Part shown: positions 27,225 to 35,235 of the stretch, piece after piece | How positions within the stretch are numbered: the stretch's first letter is position 1 | How the letters are laid out: each line of letters starts with the position of its first letter | Origin: Planctomycetota bacterium | GTDB lineage: Bacteria; Planctomycetota; UBA1135; JACQFD01 | Assembly (NCBI GenBank): GCA_016792805.1 | Contig: JAEUHX010000055.1 | Coordinates: 17,481 to 81,480 of the forward strand | Length of the DNA: 64,000 nt | Reading direction: 5' to 3' | Position numbers and translations under genes: made by a program | The notes under the pieces: model-generated | Databases searched by the model: none | What the model was told of the DNA's origin: nothing | The model's input: the letters and a program-made list of their open reading frames with translations, nothing else

Positions 27225-28251
27225 TCAGCTCAGCGACCACCGCCACGGCGATCTCCGCGTGGGTCCGCGCACCGATGTCGAGCCCGATCGGAGTGCGAAT
27301 GGTACGAATGAACTCATCTCCAATGCCGCGCGCGCGCAGCTTCTCCAACACGAGCTTTTGTTTGGTCCGCGAACCGATCATGCCGAGGTAGACCGGCCGA
27401 TATCCGCATTGGGCCATCTCGGCGAGGACGCGCTCGTCGTCAAGATGGCCGCGCGTCACCACCACGCAGCGCGCGTCCTCCGCCGGCGCAAACCGCCGCA
27501 CGGTCTCTTCCCACGGTGCTGCAACACACTCGTGCGCATGGGGATGGCGTTCCCGGCTCGCGAACGAGGCGCGGTCGTCCATCACGATCGAACGAAAATC
27601 GGCCAAATGTGCGATCTCGGCGATGGCGCCGCTCACGTGGCCGCCGCCGAAAAGTAAGATCGTCGGCGCGATCAGCGGCTCTACAAAAACCTCGAACGGC
27701 TCCGCGCCGGGAATCGTGAGCCTTACTCTTCGAGGCCGATCTTCGCGCATCGCCGCGCTTGCCGCCGCCGCGAGTTCGCCATCGATCGCTGGGTGGCGCA
27801 GCCCGCCGACATCGGTCCCGTCGCGCGCCAGCAGGCGGCCGCGCCCGAGCCCGGCCGGCACCGGTCCGATGGCCGAGCACCTCGCCAACGAAACACCGCG
27901 ATCGCGCAGCGCCCGCGCGCGCCCGAACAGCTCGCTCGAGTCGTCGACCGCCTCGACGAACACTTTCACAATTCCGCCGCACAAGAGCCCGCTATCGGGG
28001 TAGTCGCGCTCGTTCAGGTGAAACTCGAGCACGCGCGGGGCGCCGCCTCCGAGCACCGCCCGCGCCGCTTCATACACTTCCGCTTCGAGGCAGCCGCCGC
28101 CGACGGTGCCCAGGAACGTCCCGTCCTCGCGCACCAGCAACTTCATCGCCTCCTTGCCCGGCGTGGAGCCCGCCGTGGCCACGATGGTTCCCAGCGCAGC
28201 GCGCTGTCCCTGAGTGCGGAGCCTTTCGAGCTCCGCGAGGAGGTCGGTCAC
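27193..28251 (-). CDS. xdhC: XdhC/CoxI-family molybdoenzyme maturation protein
   Basis: This is the C-terminal 352 codons of the 632-aa ORF. They read (V->M)TDLLAELERLRTQGQRAALGTIVATAGSTPGKEAMKLLV...GGGCLEAEV...ILLFGGGHVSGAIAEIA. GTG 28251 forms a GTGA overlap with the upstream gene's stop. Confidence 0.85.
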   Translation of the reverse strand: MTDLLAELERLRTQGQRAALGTIVATAGSTPGKEAMKLLVREDGTFLGTVGGGCLEAEVYEAARAVLGGGAPRVLEFHLNERDYPDSGLLCGGIVKVFVEAVDDSSELFGRARALRDRGVSLARCSAIGPVPAGLGRGRLLARDGTDVGGLRHPAIDGELAAAASAAMREDRPRRVRLTIPGAEPFEVFVEPLIAPTILLFGGGHVSGAIAEIAHLADFRSIVMDDRASFASRERHPHAHECVAAPWEETVRRFAPAEDARCVVVTRGHLDDERVLAEMAQCGYRPVYLGMIGSRTKQKLVLEKLRARGIGDEFIRTIRTPIGLDIGARTHAEIAVAVVAELIALRRKADAR

Positions 28252-28871
28252 GATCGGTGTTTGCGACGGCCGCGGGCGGGCGGAGACGACTTCGCCTCGA
28301 CCGGCACTAAGCTCAGCCGAGACGGGTCGCGTTCTACCACGCGGCGCAGCGTCTCGTCGTCGACGTCGCTCAGCAGCTCCGACTTCAACGTGCGGTCGAA
28401 GAGCAACGGGAGCAGCGAGCGCTTCTTCTTGTCGAAGCGCAGCACAAGCGGCTTGTGCCCGCGGCTCGCCGCCGCGAGGAATTGATCGATTTCCTTGGCC
28501 GCAGGGGCGCGGTCGTCGCCGTAGGCGGCGAAGAAGGCCGTCGCCTCGACGGACGCGCTGCGAATCCCGGTCGCCAACAGCGCAGCCCGCTTTTCGGTAT
28601 GCAGCGGATCGACCACCACCTTGAGCCGAGCCCGCGGCTCCAGCACGTCGCGCGCATGCGCGACCCGCCGCCCGATGACCACGACCACTTCGTCGGCGCA
28701 CGACGCCAGCGCCTGCTCCACCGCGCGCTCCAGATAGGTGACGCCGCCCGACCGCCGGAGCGGGCGCGGCACGCGTCGTCCCGGGGCTCGGCCCCCGGCA
28801 AGGAGGATTGCGGTGATGAACACGTGAGTCGACTCGGGCGGCCCTCGAGGGAGCCGAAGCCTCCCGCTCAT
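28248..28871 (-). CDS. MobA/MocA-like nucleotidyltransferase (molybdenum cofactor cytidylyl/guanylyl-transferase family)
   Basis: N-terminal ITAILLAGGRAPG... followed by VVVVIG, typical of NTP_transf_3. Coupled to the xdhC-like gene. Confidence 0.7.
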   Translation of the reverse strand: MSGRLRLPRGPPESTHVFITAILLAGGRAPGRRVPRPLRRSGGVTYLERAVEQALASCADEVVVVIGRRVAHARDVLEPRARLKVVVDPLHTEKRAALLATGIRSASVEATAFFAAYGDDRAPAAKEIDQFLAAASRGHKPLVLRFDKKKRSLLPLLFDRTLKSELLSDVDDETLRRVVERDPSRLSLVPVEAKSSPPARGRRKHRS

Positions 28872-29002
28872 CGGCCGTTGGCGGCGCGCGAGCTGAGGGC
28901 ATCGGAAAGACGGGTTCGGGCCAGCCGGGGTGTCTATAGCACGCTCTAGCGCACCCGGAGCGCGGCGGAGCGCCCCCCGGCTCTTCCCGTGGAGCGCCCG
29001 AC

Positions 29003-29368
29003 CTACTTTGGGGGTGGCGCCGGGGGGCCCAGTTGGACCGACCGGACGCCGGCGGCGATGAGCGCCTCGAGGACCTCGTTCTTCCGCGCATCGCGGCGAC
29101 GCTCGAACTCCCCCTGGGGCTCCTCGTCGCGCCGCTCCATGCGCACCATCAGCAGCGCGGTGAAGACCGACCCGCCATGCTGGTCGTGGGCCGCACGCGC
29201 GGCCAGGCCGAGCTCGTCCAGGGACACAGCGCGTCCGTCGACGAGCAGCTCGGAGTCGCGCACCTCGACGCGTACCGCTTCGGATTCGGTGAACTCCCGG
29301 TTGAGGCGCCCACTCGACGCGCAGCTCGTGAGCGCGATGCCGAGCGCAGCAGCCGCGAGCCGTCTCAC
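29003..29368 (-). CDS. Small lipoprotein with an ExbD/TolR-like domain
   Basis: GTG 29368 is preceded by GGAGG and forms a GTGA overlap with the methyltransferase stop. Signal and lipobox: RRLAAAALGIALTSC. The body VRVEVRDSELLVDGRAVSLDEL...EVLEALIAAGVRSVQL resembles ExbD/TolR periplasmic domains. Confidence 0.5.
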   Translation of the reverse strand: MRRLAAAALGIALTSCASSGRLNREFTESEAVRVEVRDSELLVDGRAVSLDELGLAARAAHDQHGGSVFTALLMVRMERRDEEPQGEFERRRDARKNEVLEALIAAGVRSVQLGPPAPPPK

Positions 29369-30132
29369 GTAGGCCTCCGGGCCGTGCAGATCACATGGAA
29401 TCCGAAGGCTCGCAGCAGCGGCACGGCGCACAGGAACCGGTCGATGGCGATCATCGCTTTTGTGATCGCTACATTTCCCGGAATGAATCTCAAGAATCCG
29501 AGGTGGTCTGGGAATCCAGCGAAGGTGTACGCGAGCACGCCGAAGGTTCGGCTTCGATGCACTTCGAATCCGGCCTTTCGCACCATTTCGGAGAGCTGCT
29601 TCGAGCGGAAGCCTTCGTCGTCGGGGTGGAAGCGCGACGACACACGATACAGAATCCAGCGCGCGAGGCGGATGATCGGATTGTCGTTGCAGGGCTCGCT
29701 CAGGATGAGCACGCCGCCGGGACGCAGCACGCGCTTGCACCCTTCGAGGAATTTGTGGTGATCGCGCGTGTGGTGGAGGCTTCCCTTACAGAACACGACG
29801 TCGAAGCAGGCGTCGCCGAAAGGCAAATTTTCGGCGTCGCCCTGCGCCGTGTAGGTATCGGGCAGCTCCTTCTGCGCGAGGGCGAGCATGTCGTAAGAAA
29901 TGTCGAGGCCGACGGCGACGGCGCTGTGCTTGCGTACGTCGGCGAGGAAGAACCCGGTGCCGCAGCCGAGGTCAAGCGCGTGGCGCGTCCCGGCCGGCAT
30001 CTCCACGAACATCTGCTCGTGCCACTCTTCCTGGAAGAGCCGCGAGAACGGGTAGCCGTAGCGGATCGCGTACTGCGGAGCGAGCTTGCGATGAAGCTCG
30101 ATCTGGATCTGCTGGTGCGAGCGCTCGGTCAT
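29365..30132 (-). CDS. Class I SAM-dependent methyltransferase
   Basis: Motif I LDLGCGTGFF is present, with FDVVFCKGSLHH and LRPGGVLILSEP. Confidence 0.9.
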   Translation of the reverse strand: MTERSHQQIQIELHRKLAPQYAIRYGYPFSRLFQEEWHEQMFVEMPAGTRHALDLGCGTGFFLADVRKHSAVAVGLDISYDMLALAQKELPDTYTAQGDAENLPFGDACFDVVFCKGSLHHTRDHHKFLEGCKRVLRPGGVLILSEPCNDNPIIRLARWILYRVSSRFHPDDEGFRSKQLSEMVRKAGFEVHRSRTFGVLAYTFAGFPDHLGFLRFIPGNVAITKAMIAIDRFLCAVPLLRAFGFHVICTARRPT

Positions 30133-30153
30133 CGGGTCGGGGGGCGGCGAACT

Positions 30154-31659
30154 CTACCCCAACGGCGCGCGCGACGCGGCGCGTGCGACGGCACGAATCT
30201 GCGCGAGGTGGCGGAGCTCGTGGTAGCTCACGAATTCGGCCCATTCGAGCAGGTCGAGGGCGCCGAGAACCTGGTGGCGAAATCGCTTGCCGCGCAGCGT
30301 GGAGTCGTCGACCGACGCGAGCGCGGCCGTCAGCCTTTCGCGTGAGCGCGCGAGCCGCGCGAGCGAGTCGGCGACGGAGGGCTGCGCCGTCGGAAGGACG
30401 GCCTTGGGCGCAGCGACGCGCAGCGACGGCAGTCGCCACGACACCACGAAAAGTGGCACGCGCACGCGGCGCCCTGCCGGCTGGTCGCCCGGCAGCGAGA
30501 GCAGCTCGCCCATGCGCGCGACGATGCTCTCCTCGACGAGCGCGAGATGCTCGAGGATCTCGGCGACGCTCCACTCGTTCGGAGAAGGCCGGCGAGTACA
30601 CAGATCGGGCGGGAGCGCGCGCACTTCGCGCTCGAGGCGCGCGCGCCGCTCGGTGATGGCGCGCGTCACTTGAACCTGCTCGCGCCGCGGATCTGTGTGG
30701 AGTCGGAATTGTGCAATCATCCCGAGCAGGCCGACGTTCACGAGCTGGACGACGTGAACGGCCAGCGCGGAGGCGGCGGCCGAGCTGCGCGACACCCCAA
30801 GCGACTCGAAGCCCCAAGTCCATCCGTACTCTTGGGTGCCGAGCCCGGCGAAGGTGTTGACCGGGAGCAGATTCGTAAGGATCGCGGCGGAGGCGCCGAA
30901 TGCTACATGGGTGGGCCCGAGCTGGCCGAAGCCGAGGTCGGACATCAGGATGTAATAGAAAAGATCGACGCCGATCCAAATGAGTAATGTGAGCGTGAAC
31001 GCTTCGGCGAGCGCGCGATAGCGCCCGACGGTTTCGAAGCCGCGCGCCACCTGCTCGATGCGGCCGATGAACCGATAGCTGAGACCGAGCCGCGCCCCCG
31101 TCATGGCGCACCACCGGATGAAGGGCGCGCCGCCGGTGGCGACGGCGAGGAGCGCCGCTGCGATAAGCGCCACGACGAGCACGGCCGGAATGCCGGTTCC
31201 CGGGGGCATGCGCTCGATGGGCGTGCGGAGCCAGATGGCGCTGAAGACGGCAATGGTGAGCACCGCCAACAGATCGAGCGAGCGCGAGACGATGAGCCCC
31301 GCGACGCCGACCTCGAGCGGCACGCCCGCGTTCCGGAGATAGATCGGATAGGTGATCTCTCCGGTGCGCAGCGGCAGCAGGAGCGAAGCCATTTGGTTGG
31401 CCGCCTGGATCGACCAGAGATGTGTGAACGGCACGCGGCGGTCGGGAATGAGCGACGCGAATCGCAGCGTCCGCAGCCCGTAGACCGACGCGTGGACGGC
31501 GAAGGCGGCGAGCCAGGCGGCCGGCGAGAGCTGTCGGAGAACTCCCCAGGCTTCATTCCAGTCGACGGCCCGAAAGAGGAGATAGAGCAGCACCGCGGCT
31601 CCCACGACAGACAGCGCGACGCGAAGGAGCTTTCGTCGTGGATCGTCGAGCGCGGACAC
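30154..31659 (-). CDS. Flippase-like (LPG-synthase-TM/UPF0104) membrane domain fused to a C-terminal DinB-family domain
   Basis: The N-terminal ~320 aa are polytopic and carry LRTLRFASL...LLPLRTGEITYPIYL, typical of UPF0104. The C-terminus has WSVAEILEHLALVEESI...SYHELRHLAQI, a DinB_2-type His pattern. Confidence 0.8.
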   Translation of the reverse strand: MSALDDPRRKLLRVALSVVGAAVLLYLLFRAVDWNEAWGVLRQLSPAAWLAAFAVHASVYGLRTLRFASLIPDRRVPFTHLWSIQAANQMASLLLPLRTGEITYPIYLRNAGVPLEVGVAGLIVSRSLDLLAVLTIAVFSAIWLRTPIERMPPGTGIPAVLVVALIAAALLAVATGGAPFIRWCAMTGARLGLSYRFIGRIEQVARGFETVGRYRALAEAFTLTLLIWIGVDLFYYILMSDLGFGQLGPTHVAFGASAAILTNLLPVNTFAGLGTQEYGWTWGFESLGVSRSSAAASALAVHVVQLVNVGLLGMIAQFRLHTDPRREQVQVTRAITERRARLEREVRALPPDLCTRRPSPNEWSVAEILEHLALVEESIVARMGELLSLPGDQPAGRRVRVPLFVVSWRLPSLRVAAPKAVLPTAQPSVADSLARLARSRERLTAALASVDDSTLRGKRFRHQVLGALDLLEWAEFVSYHELRHLAQIRAVARAASRAPLG

Positions 31660-31800
31660 GGGGCGCGGATCCTAATCGGGCCGGGCGTGGGGGCTTCACC
31701 CCAAGCCGTAGCGGGCGGCGCGGTGGGAGCAACATCCCATCGTGGAATCGCTCGCGCGGCTTTCCTAATCTCGCCCCGCCCTTCGACCCAGGTTTGCGCC

Positions 31801-33111
31801 ATGAGGTACTGCGCCGTCTCGCTTCGCGTTGCCCTTTCGCTTCTTGCTCTCGTTTCCGTTGCCGGCTGTAAGTCGAGCCCCGAGTACGCGGCGCTCCCCA
31901 AGGCCAAGGCGAAGGACTACACGCGCGAGCTGCCGCCCGGAATGAAGGGGCTGCGGAAGATCTCGCCCGCCGAGTATCCCGACTTCTCGAAAGGCTACAG
32001 CGACCGCGAGGGCGTGCTGGCGGCGCTCGACGCGTCGGCGGCGTATCTCGCGCGCCCGTCGGCAAAAGGTTACTTCCCGTATCTTGATATCTCGCACGAT
32101 CGCGCCGAGGCGTCGATTCGTGCATTCCGCGACGATCTGACGGCGGCCACGAGCGGCCAGGAGCTCGACCGCCGGATTCGTGAGCGTTACGAAGTGTATG
32201 AGAGCATTGGCTGGAACGGGGACGGCGAGATGCTGTTTACGGCCTATCACGAGCCGATCTACCAGGGGTCGCTCAAGCCGACGGACAAGTTCCGCTATCC
32301 GATCTACAAGCGGCCGCCGGAGCTCGAGACGGACGAGACGGGCGAGAAGTCGTACATCAAGGGAGCCGACGGCTCGTTGCGGCCGGCGCCGTCGCGCGCG
32401 GAGCTGGACAGCTATCTGCGCGGACGCGGTCTGGAATTGGTGTATTTGGCCGACCCGTTCGAGGCCTACGTGGTGCAGGTGCAGGGTTCGGCGCGGTTCC
32501 AGCTCATCGACGGCAAGGAGCTGCGCGTCGGATACGCCGGCGACAATGGGCATGAGTATCATCCCATCTGGGAGCCGCTCGTGAAGTCGGGCGAGCTCAA
32601 GAAGGAAGAGGTTTCGCTGCGCCGGCTGAAGGAGTACTTCGCGGCGAATCCGGCGAAGCTCAACACTGCGATCAATAACAATCCGCGTTTTGTGTTTTTC
32701 ACAGAGCGCACGGGGCCGGCCGTCGGCTGCTTGAACGTGCCGGTGACGGCGTGGCACTCGATCGCCACCGACCGCAACCGAAAGGACGACGTCTTCCCGC
32801 GCGCCGGCGTCGCCTACGCGATGACCAAGATTCCGCGAACGGTGACTGGCGGCGAGGCGGAGTTCGCGTCGTTTGTGTGCGATCAGGACCGCGGCGGGGC
32901 GATCCGCAGCGCCGGACGCGCCGATGTGTTTCTCGGCACGGGCGACACGGCCGAGGCGCTGGCAGGGCGCACGAAGGCGGAGGGCCGCCTTTATTACGTC
33001 TTCCTGAAGCCCGAGCTCACGGCGCCGGTGACGGCGATGCTGCAGCAGGAGAAGGCCGCGAAGAACGCGGCCAAGCCCGCTGCGGCCAAGAAGCCTGCCA
33101 AGTCGAAGTAG
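31801..33111 (+). CDS. mltA: Membrane-bound lytic murein transglycosylase A (lipoprotein)
   Basis: Trimmed to ATG 31801 (MRYCAVSLRVALSLLALVSVAGC lipobox). MltA block: FTAYHEPIYQGSL, YVVQVQGSARF. 3D-domain block: DRGGAIRSAGRADVFLGTGDTA. Lys/Ala-rich tail. Confidence 0.88.
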   Translation: MRYCAVSLRVALSLLALVSVAGCKSSPEYAALPKAKAKDYTRELPPGMKGLRKISPAEYPDFSKGYSDREGVLAALDASAAYLARPSAKGYFPYLDISHDRAEASIRAFRDDLTAATSGQELDRRIRERYEVYESIGWNGDGEMLFTAYHEPIYQGSLKPTDKFRYPIYKRPPELETDETGEKSYIKGADGSLRPAPSRAELDSYLRGRGLELVYLADPFEAYVVQVQGSARFQLIDGKELRVGYAGDNGHEYHPIWEPLVKSGELKKEEVSLRRLKEYFAANPAKLNTAINNNPRFVFFTERTGPAVGCLNVPVTAWHSIATDRNRKDDVFPRAGVAYAMTKIPRTVTGGEAEFASFVCDQDRGGAIRSAGRADVFLGTGDTAEALAGRTKAEGRLYYVFLKPELTAPVTAMLQQEKAAKNAAKPAAAKKPAKSK

Positions 33112-33145
33112 CGCGCGCGCCGCATGACGCGGCGGAAGTGCTCAT

Positions 33146-33565
33146 TCAGATTCGCTCGCACGAAATGTAAGCCTCGATCACTCGGTCGTGCGCGTCGAAT
33201 GCGAAACAGAGATAGGTATCTGCGAGCACGAGCGAAGGCGGCCCGAGGTAATACCAATCTGCGAAGCGAGGATCATGGCGTCCCCCGTCGGGCGGTCCGA
33301 GCTTCTCGATGAGTTCCTCTCTCGAGAGCCCAGTGAGCTGATTCGATTGGATGAGCCATTCGGCCATTCGAGTCCGAGTCCGATCGCGCGAGTCCGACGT
33401 TAGGCTCCAGCGCTGCCACGCATCTCGATCAAAGGAGAGCGGGTGTGAGTCAATGATCTCTTTTGTTATTGGGACAATAAAGAGCAAGAGCAGAAAAATC
33501 ACAAACGCGACCGGTGGCCCCCACACAATTACGAGGCGTGTGAACGATCTCGCGCGAGTAGTCAT
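33146..33565 (-). CDS. Small N-terminally membrane-anchored protein, paralogue 1 of 3 (BamE/SmpA-like LTGLSxEExxxxLGxP motif)
   Basis: 139 aa with one TM (LVIVWGPPVAFVIFLLLLFIV). Shares FDRDAWQRW...RTRMAEWLIQSNQLTGLSREELIEKLGPPDGG..DPRF with the genes at 34014 and 34444. Confidence 0.6.
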   Translation of the reverse strand: MTTRARSFTRLVIVWGPPVAFVIFLLLLFIVPITKEIIDSHPLSFDRDAWQRWSLTSDSRDRTRTRMAEWLIQSNQLTGLSREELIEKLGPPDGGRHDPRFADWYYLGPPSLVLADTYLCFAFDAHDRVIEAYISCERI

Positions 33566-33610
33566 CGTCGGGTCTTGGAATCAAGTCGGGAGTGAGCTCA
33601 AGCCGGGAGA

Positions 33611-33950
33611 ATGCTCGGGCAGCAACGGGGATTTGTCGATGCCGGGGTTGCCGGGAGCAGCTCGTGAGACGCCGTGGGGTTGGCGGGAACAGCTCTTTGG
33701 AAACCGTGGAGTTGGCGGGAAGAGAGTTTGGAAGCCGTGGGGTTGGCGCGCGCGCCAACCGGTTTCGCGGGGCGTGCCCCGCGCGGGTTGGAATAGGTGT
33801 CCGATTGCTTCATCCGGGCGCGCACGCGCGCCCGAATCGGCGCGGGCCACGCCCGCGCCCCACTTCAAACAAAGAGCTGCATCGCCCGCGGCTCACTTCA
33901 GAAAGAAGAGAAACATCGCCCGCGCCACGCTTCACATGTAAGGAGCCACC
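33611..33950. repeat. Non-coding repeat module, copy A (258-nt core 33611-33868 plus a degenerate tail)
   Basis: About 96% identical to 34913-35171 by hand alignment (8 substitutions and 1 single-nt indel). Contains 3 direct repeats at a 31-32 bp period (CCGTGG(G/A)GTTGGCG...), four GC hairpins including the perfect 20-bp palindrome ggttggcgcgcgcgccaacc, and 3 direct repeats at a 33-34 bp period (CGCCCGCG.C.CACTTCA). Confidence 0.85.
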
Positions 33951-34013
33951 AGCTGCATCGGCTATCCAACGAACTCCGGTGCGCACACCTTGATGGCGTG
34001 CCCCTGAACGCGC

Positions 34014-34442
34014 TCACCACGGGACGGTGGCGTTATCCGCGCGCGCGACCTTCCCCACAGAATCGAACTCCAGCCATAGATACAAATCTGCGGCCCACTC
34101 ACCTGGGCCGAGATAATACGATTGCGAGAATTTCGGATCCCAGTGCCCGCCGTCGGGCTGGCCCAGACGATCAATCGCTTCTTCCGCAGTAACCCCAAGC
34201 AACTGGTTCGACTCGACCAGCCAACGAGCCATTCGGGAACGCACGGGATCCAAGATCCTCTGTTCCTGCCCCCAACGGCGCCACACGTTACGCTCGAATG
34301 GCAGAGGACCGCGATCGGTGTCGCGCAATGGAACCGGAGGAAGTGGCCCACTAGTAAACAGCTGCAACAGCAAGCAGCAAGCAACCAACGTGGGTCCGCA
34401 CACGGCGGCGACTCGCACAATGAGATCGGCCCGGCGAGTCAC
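34014..34442 (-). CDS. Small membrane-anchored protein, paralogue 2 of 3
   Basis: ORF 34014..34493 trimmed to GTG 34442, 1 nt after the stop of paralogue 3. The N-terminus (V)TRRADLIVRVAAVCGP aligns with MTTRARSFTRLVIVWGP. Shares PFERNVWRRW...RSRMARWLVESNQLLGVTAEEAIDRLGQPDGG. Confidence 0.55.
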   Translation of the reverse strand: MTRRADLIVRVAAVCGPTLVACCLLLQLFTSGPLPPVPLRDTDRGPLPFERNVWRRWGQEQRILDPVRSRMARWLVESNQLLGVTAEEAIDRLGQPDGGHWDPKFSQSYYLGPGEWAADLYLWLEFDSVGKVARADNATVPW

Positions 34443-34443
34443 T

Positions 34444-34863
34444 TCAGTGTGCGGGTAAGATGAGAGCGCGAGCGACGGTTGCCCTCGGTCCATACTCCAT
34501 CACGAGAAATATATCTCGAGGCGACATGAGTGACGTTCCCACAATATAGCCGGAAGAGAAGTGTGGGTTCCTTTGTGCTCCGTCCGCCGGCCCAAGCAGA
34601 TCCATCACTTCGCTTCGAGTGAGACCGATCAGGCGTTTCGATTCGAGAAGTGAATCCGCCATTCGAAGTCTGGTAGGATCAGTGAGGCGCATTTCAACTC
34701 CCCATCGGAGCCATGCGTCACGCTCGAAAGGGATTGGGCTGGTGTCTGGAAAAGGGAACTTGAGACTCGCCTGAGACATAAGTGCAAGCAGCACCACCAC
34801 AATTCCAATGGCGAGGGCCGGAGCCCACAGATCTTCCAGTGCGCGTCGAGCTCGAGCCATCAT
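34444..34863 (-). CDS. Small membrane-anchored protein, paralogue 3 of 3
   Basis: 139 aa with TM LWAPALAIGIVVVLLALM. Contains PFERDAWLRW...RLRMADSLLESKRLIGLTRSEVMDLLGPADG. Confidence 0.6.
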   Translation of the reverse strand: MMARARRALEDLWAPALAIGIVVVLLALMSQASLKFPFPDTSPIPFERDAWLRWGVEMRLTDPTRLRMADSLLESKRLIGLTRSEVMDLLGPADGAQRNPHFSSGYIVGTSLMSPRDIFLVMEYGPRATVARALILPAH

Positions 34864-34912
34864 GGGAAGGTCACGGCGATGGAGTAGTGCGAGCCGCTCT
34901 CATGGTGACACG

Positions 34913-35235
34913 ATGCTCGGGCAGCGGCGGGGATTTGTCGATGCCGGGGTTGCCGGGAGCAGCTCGTGAGACGCCGTGGGGTTGGCGGGAACAGCTCTTT
35001 GGAAGCCGTGGAGTTGGCGGGAGGAGAGTCTTGGAAGCCGTGGGGTTGGCGCGCGCGCCAACCGGTTTCGCGGGGCGTGCCCCGCGCGGGTTGGAATTGG
35101 TGTCCAGTTGCTTCATCCGGGCGCGCACGCGCGCCCGAATCGGCGCGGGCAACGCCCGCGCCCCACTTCAAGTAGAGAGATATTCCGCCCGCGGCCCACT
35201 TCAAATAAGGAAACACACCGTCCCACGCCTCACAG
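34913..35235. repeat. Non-coding repeat module, copy B (259-nt core 34913-35171 plus a degenerate tail)
   Basis: See copy A. The internal architecture is the same. The loop of the last hairpin differs (cac vs aac) while its stem is conserved. The 33-bp units start at 35153, 35186 and 35219. Confidence 0.85.

Noticed and set aside
27193-29091. A single 632-aa ORF.
   Set aside because: Only the C-terminal 352 codons are XdhC-like. The region upstream is better explained by the MocA-like gene in another frame (28248..28871), with a GTGA junction.
33581-33868. ORFs translated across the repeat module (33581..33868 minus, 34860..35216 minus, 33592..33993 plus, 34782..35294 plus).
   Set aside because: The two module copies differ by a 1-nt indel that shifts the frame, and the translations are Arg/Pro-rich. 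A non-coding function is more plausible.
33850-33950. Three 33-34-bp direct repeats, and the matching set at 35153-35251, considered as a mini CRISPR array.
   Set aside because: The units are contiguous. There is no alternating conserved-repeat/unique-spacer structure of CRISPR dimensions. Each set has only three degenerate copies, and there are no cas genes in the window.
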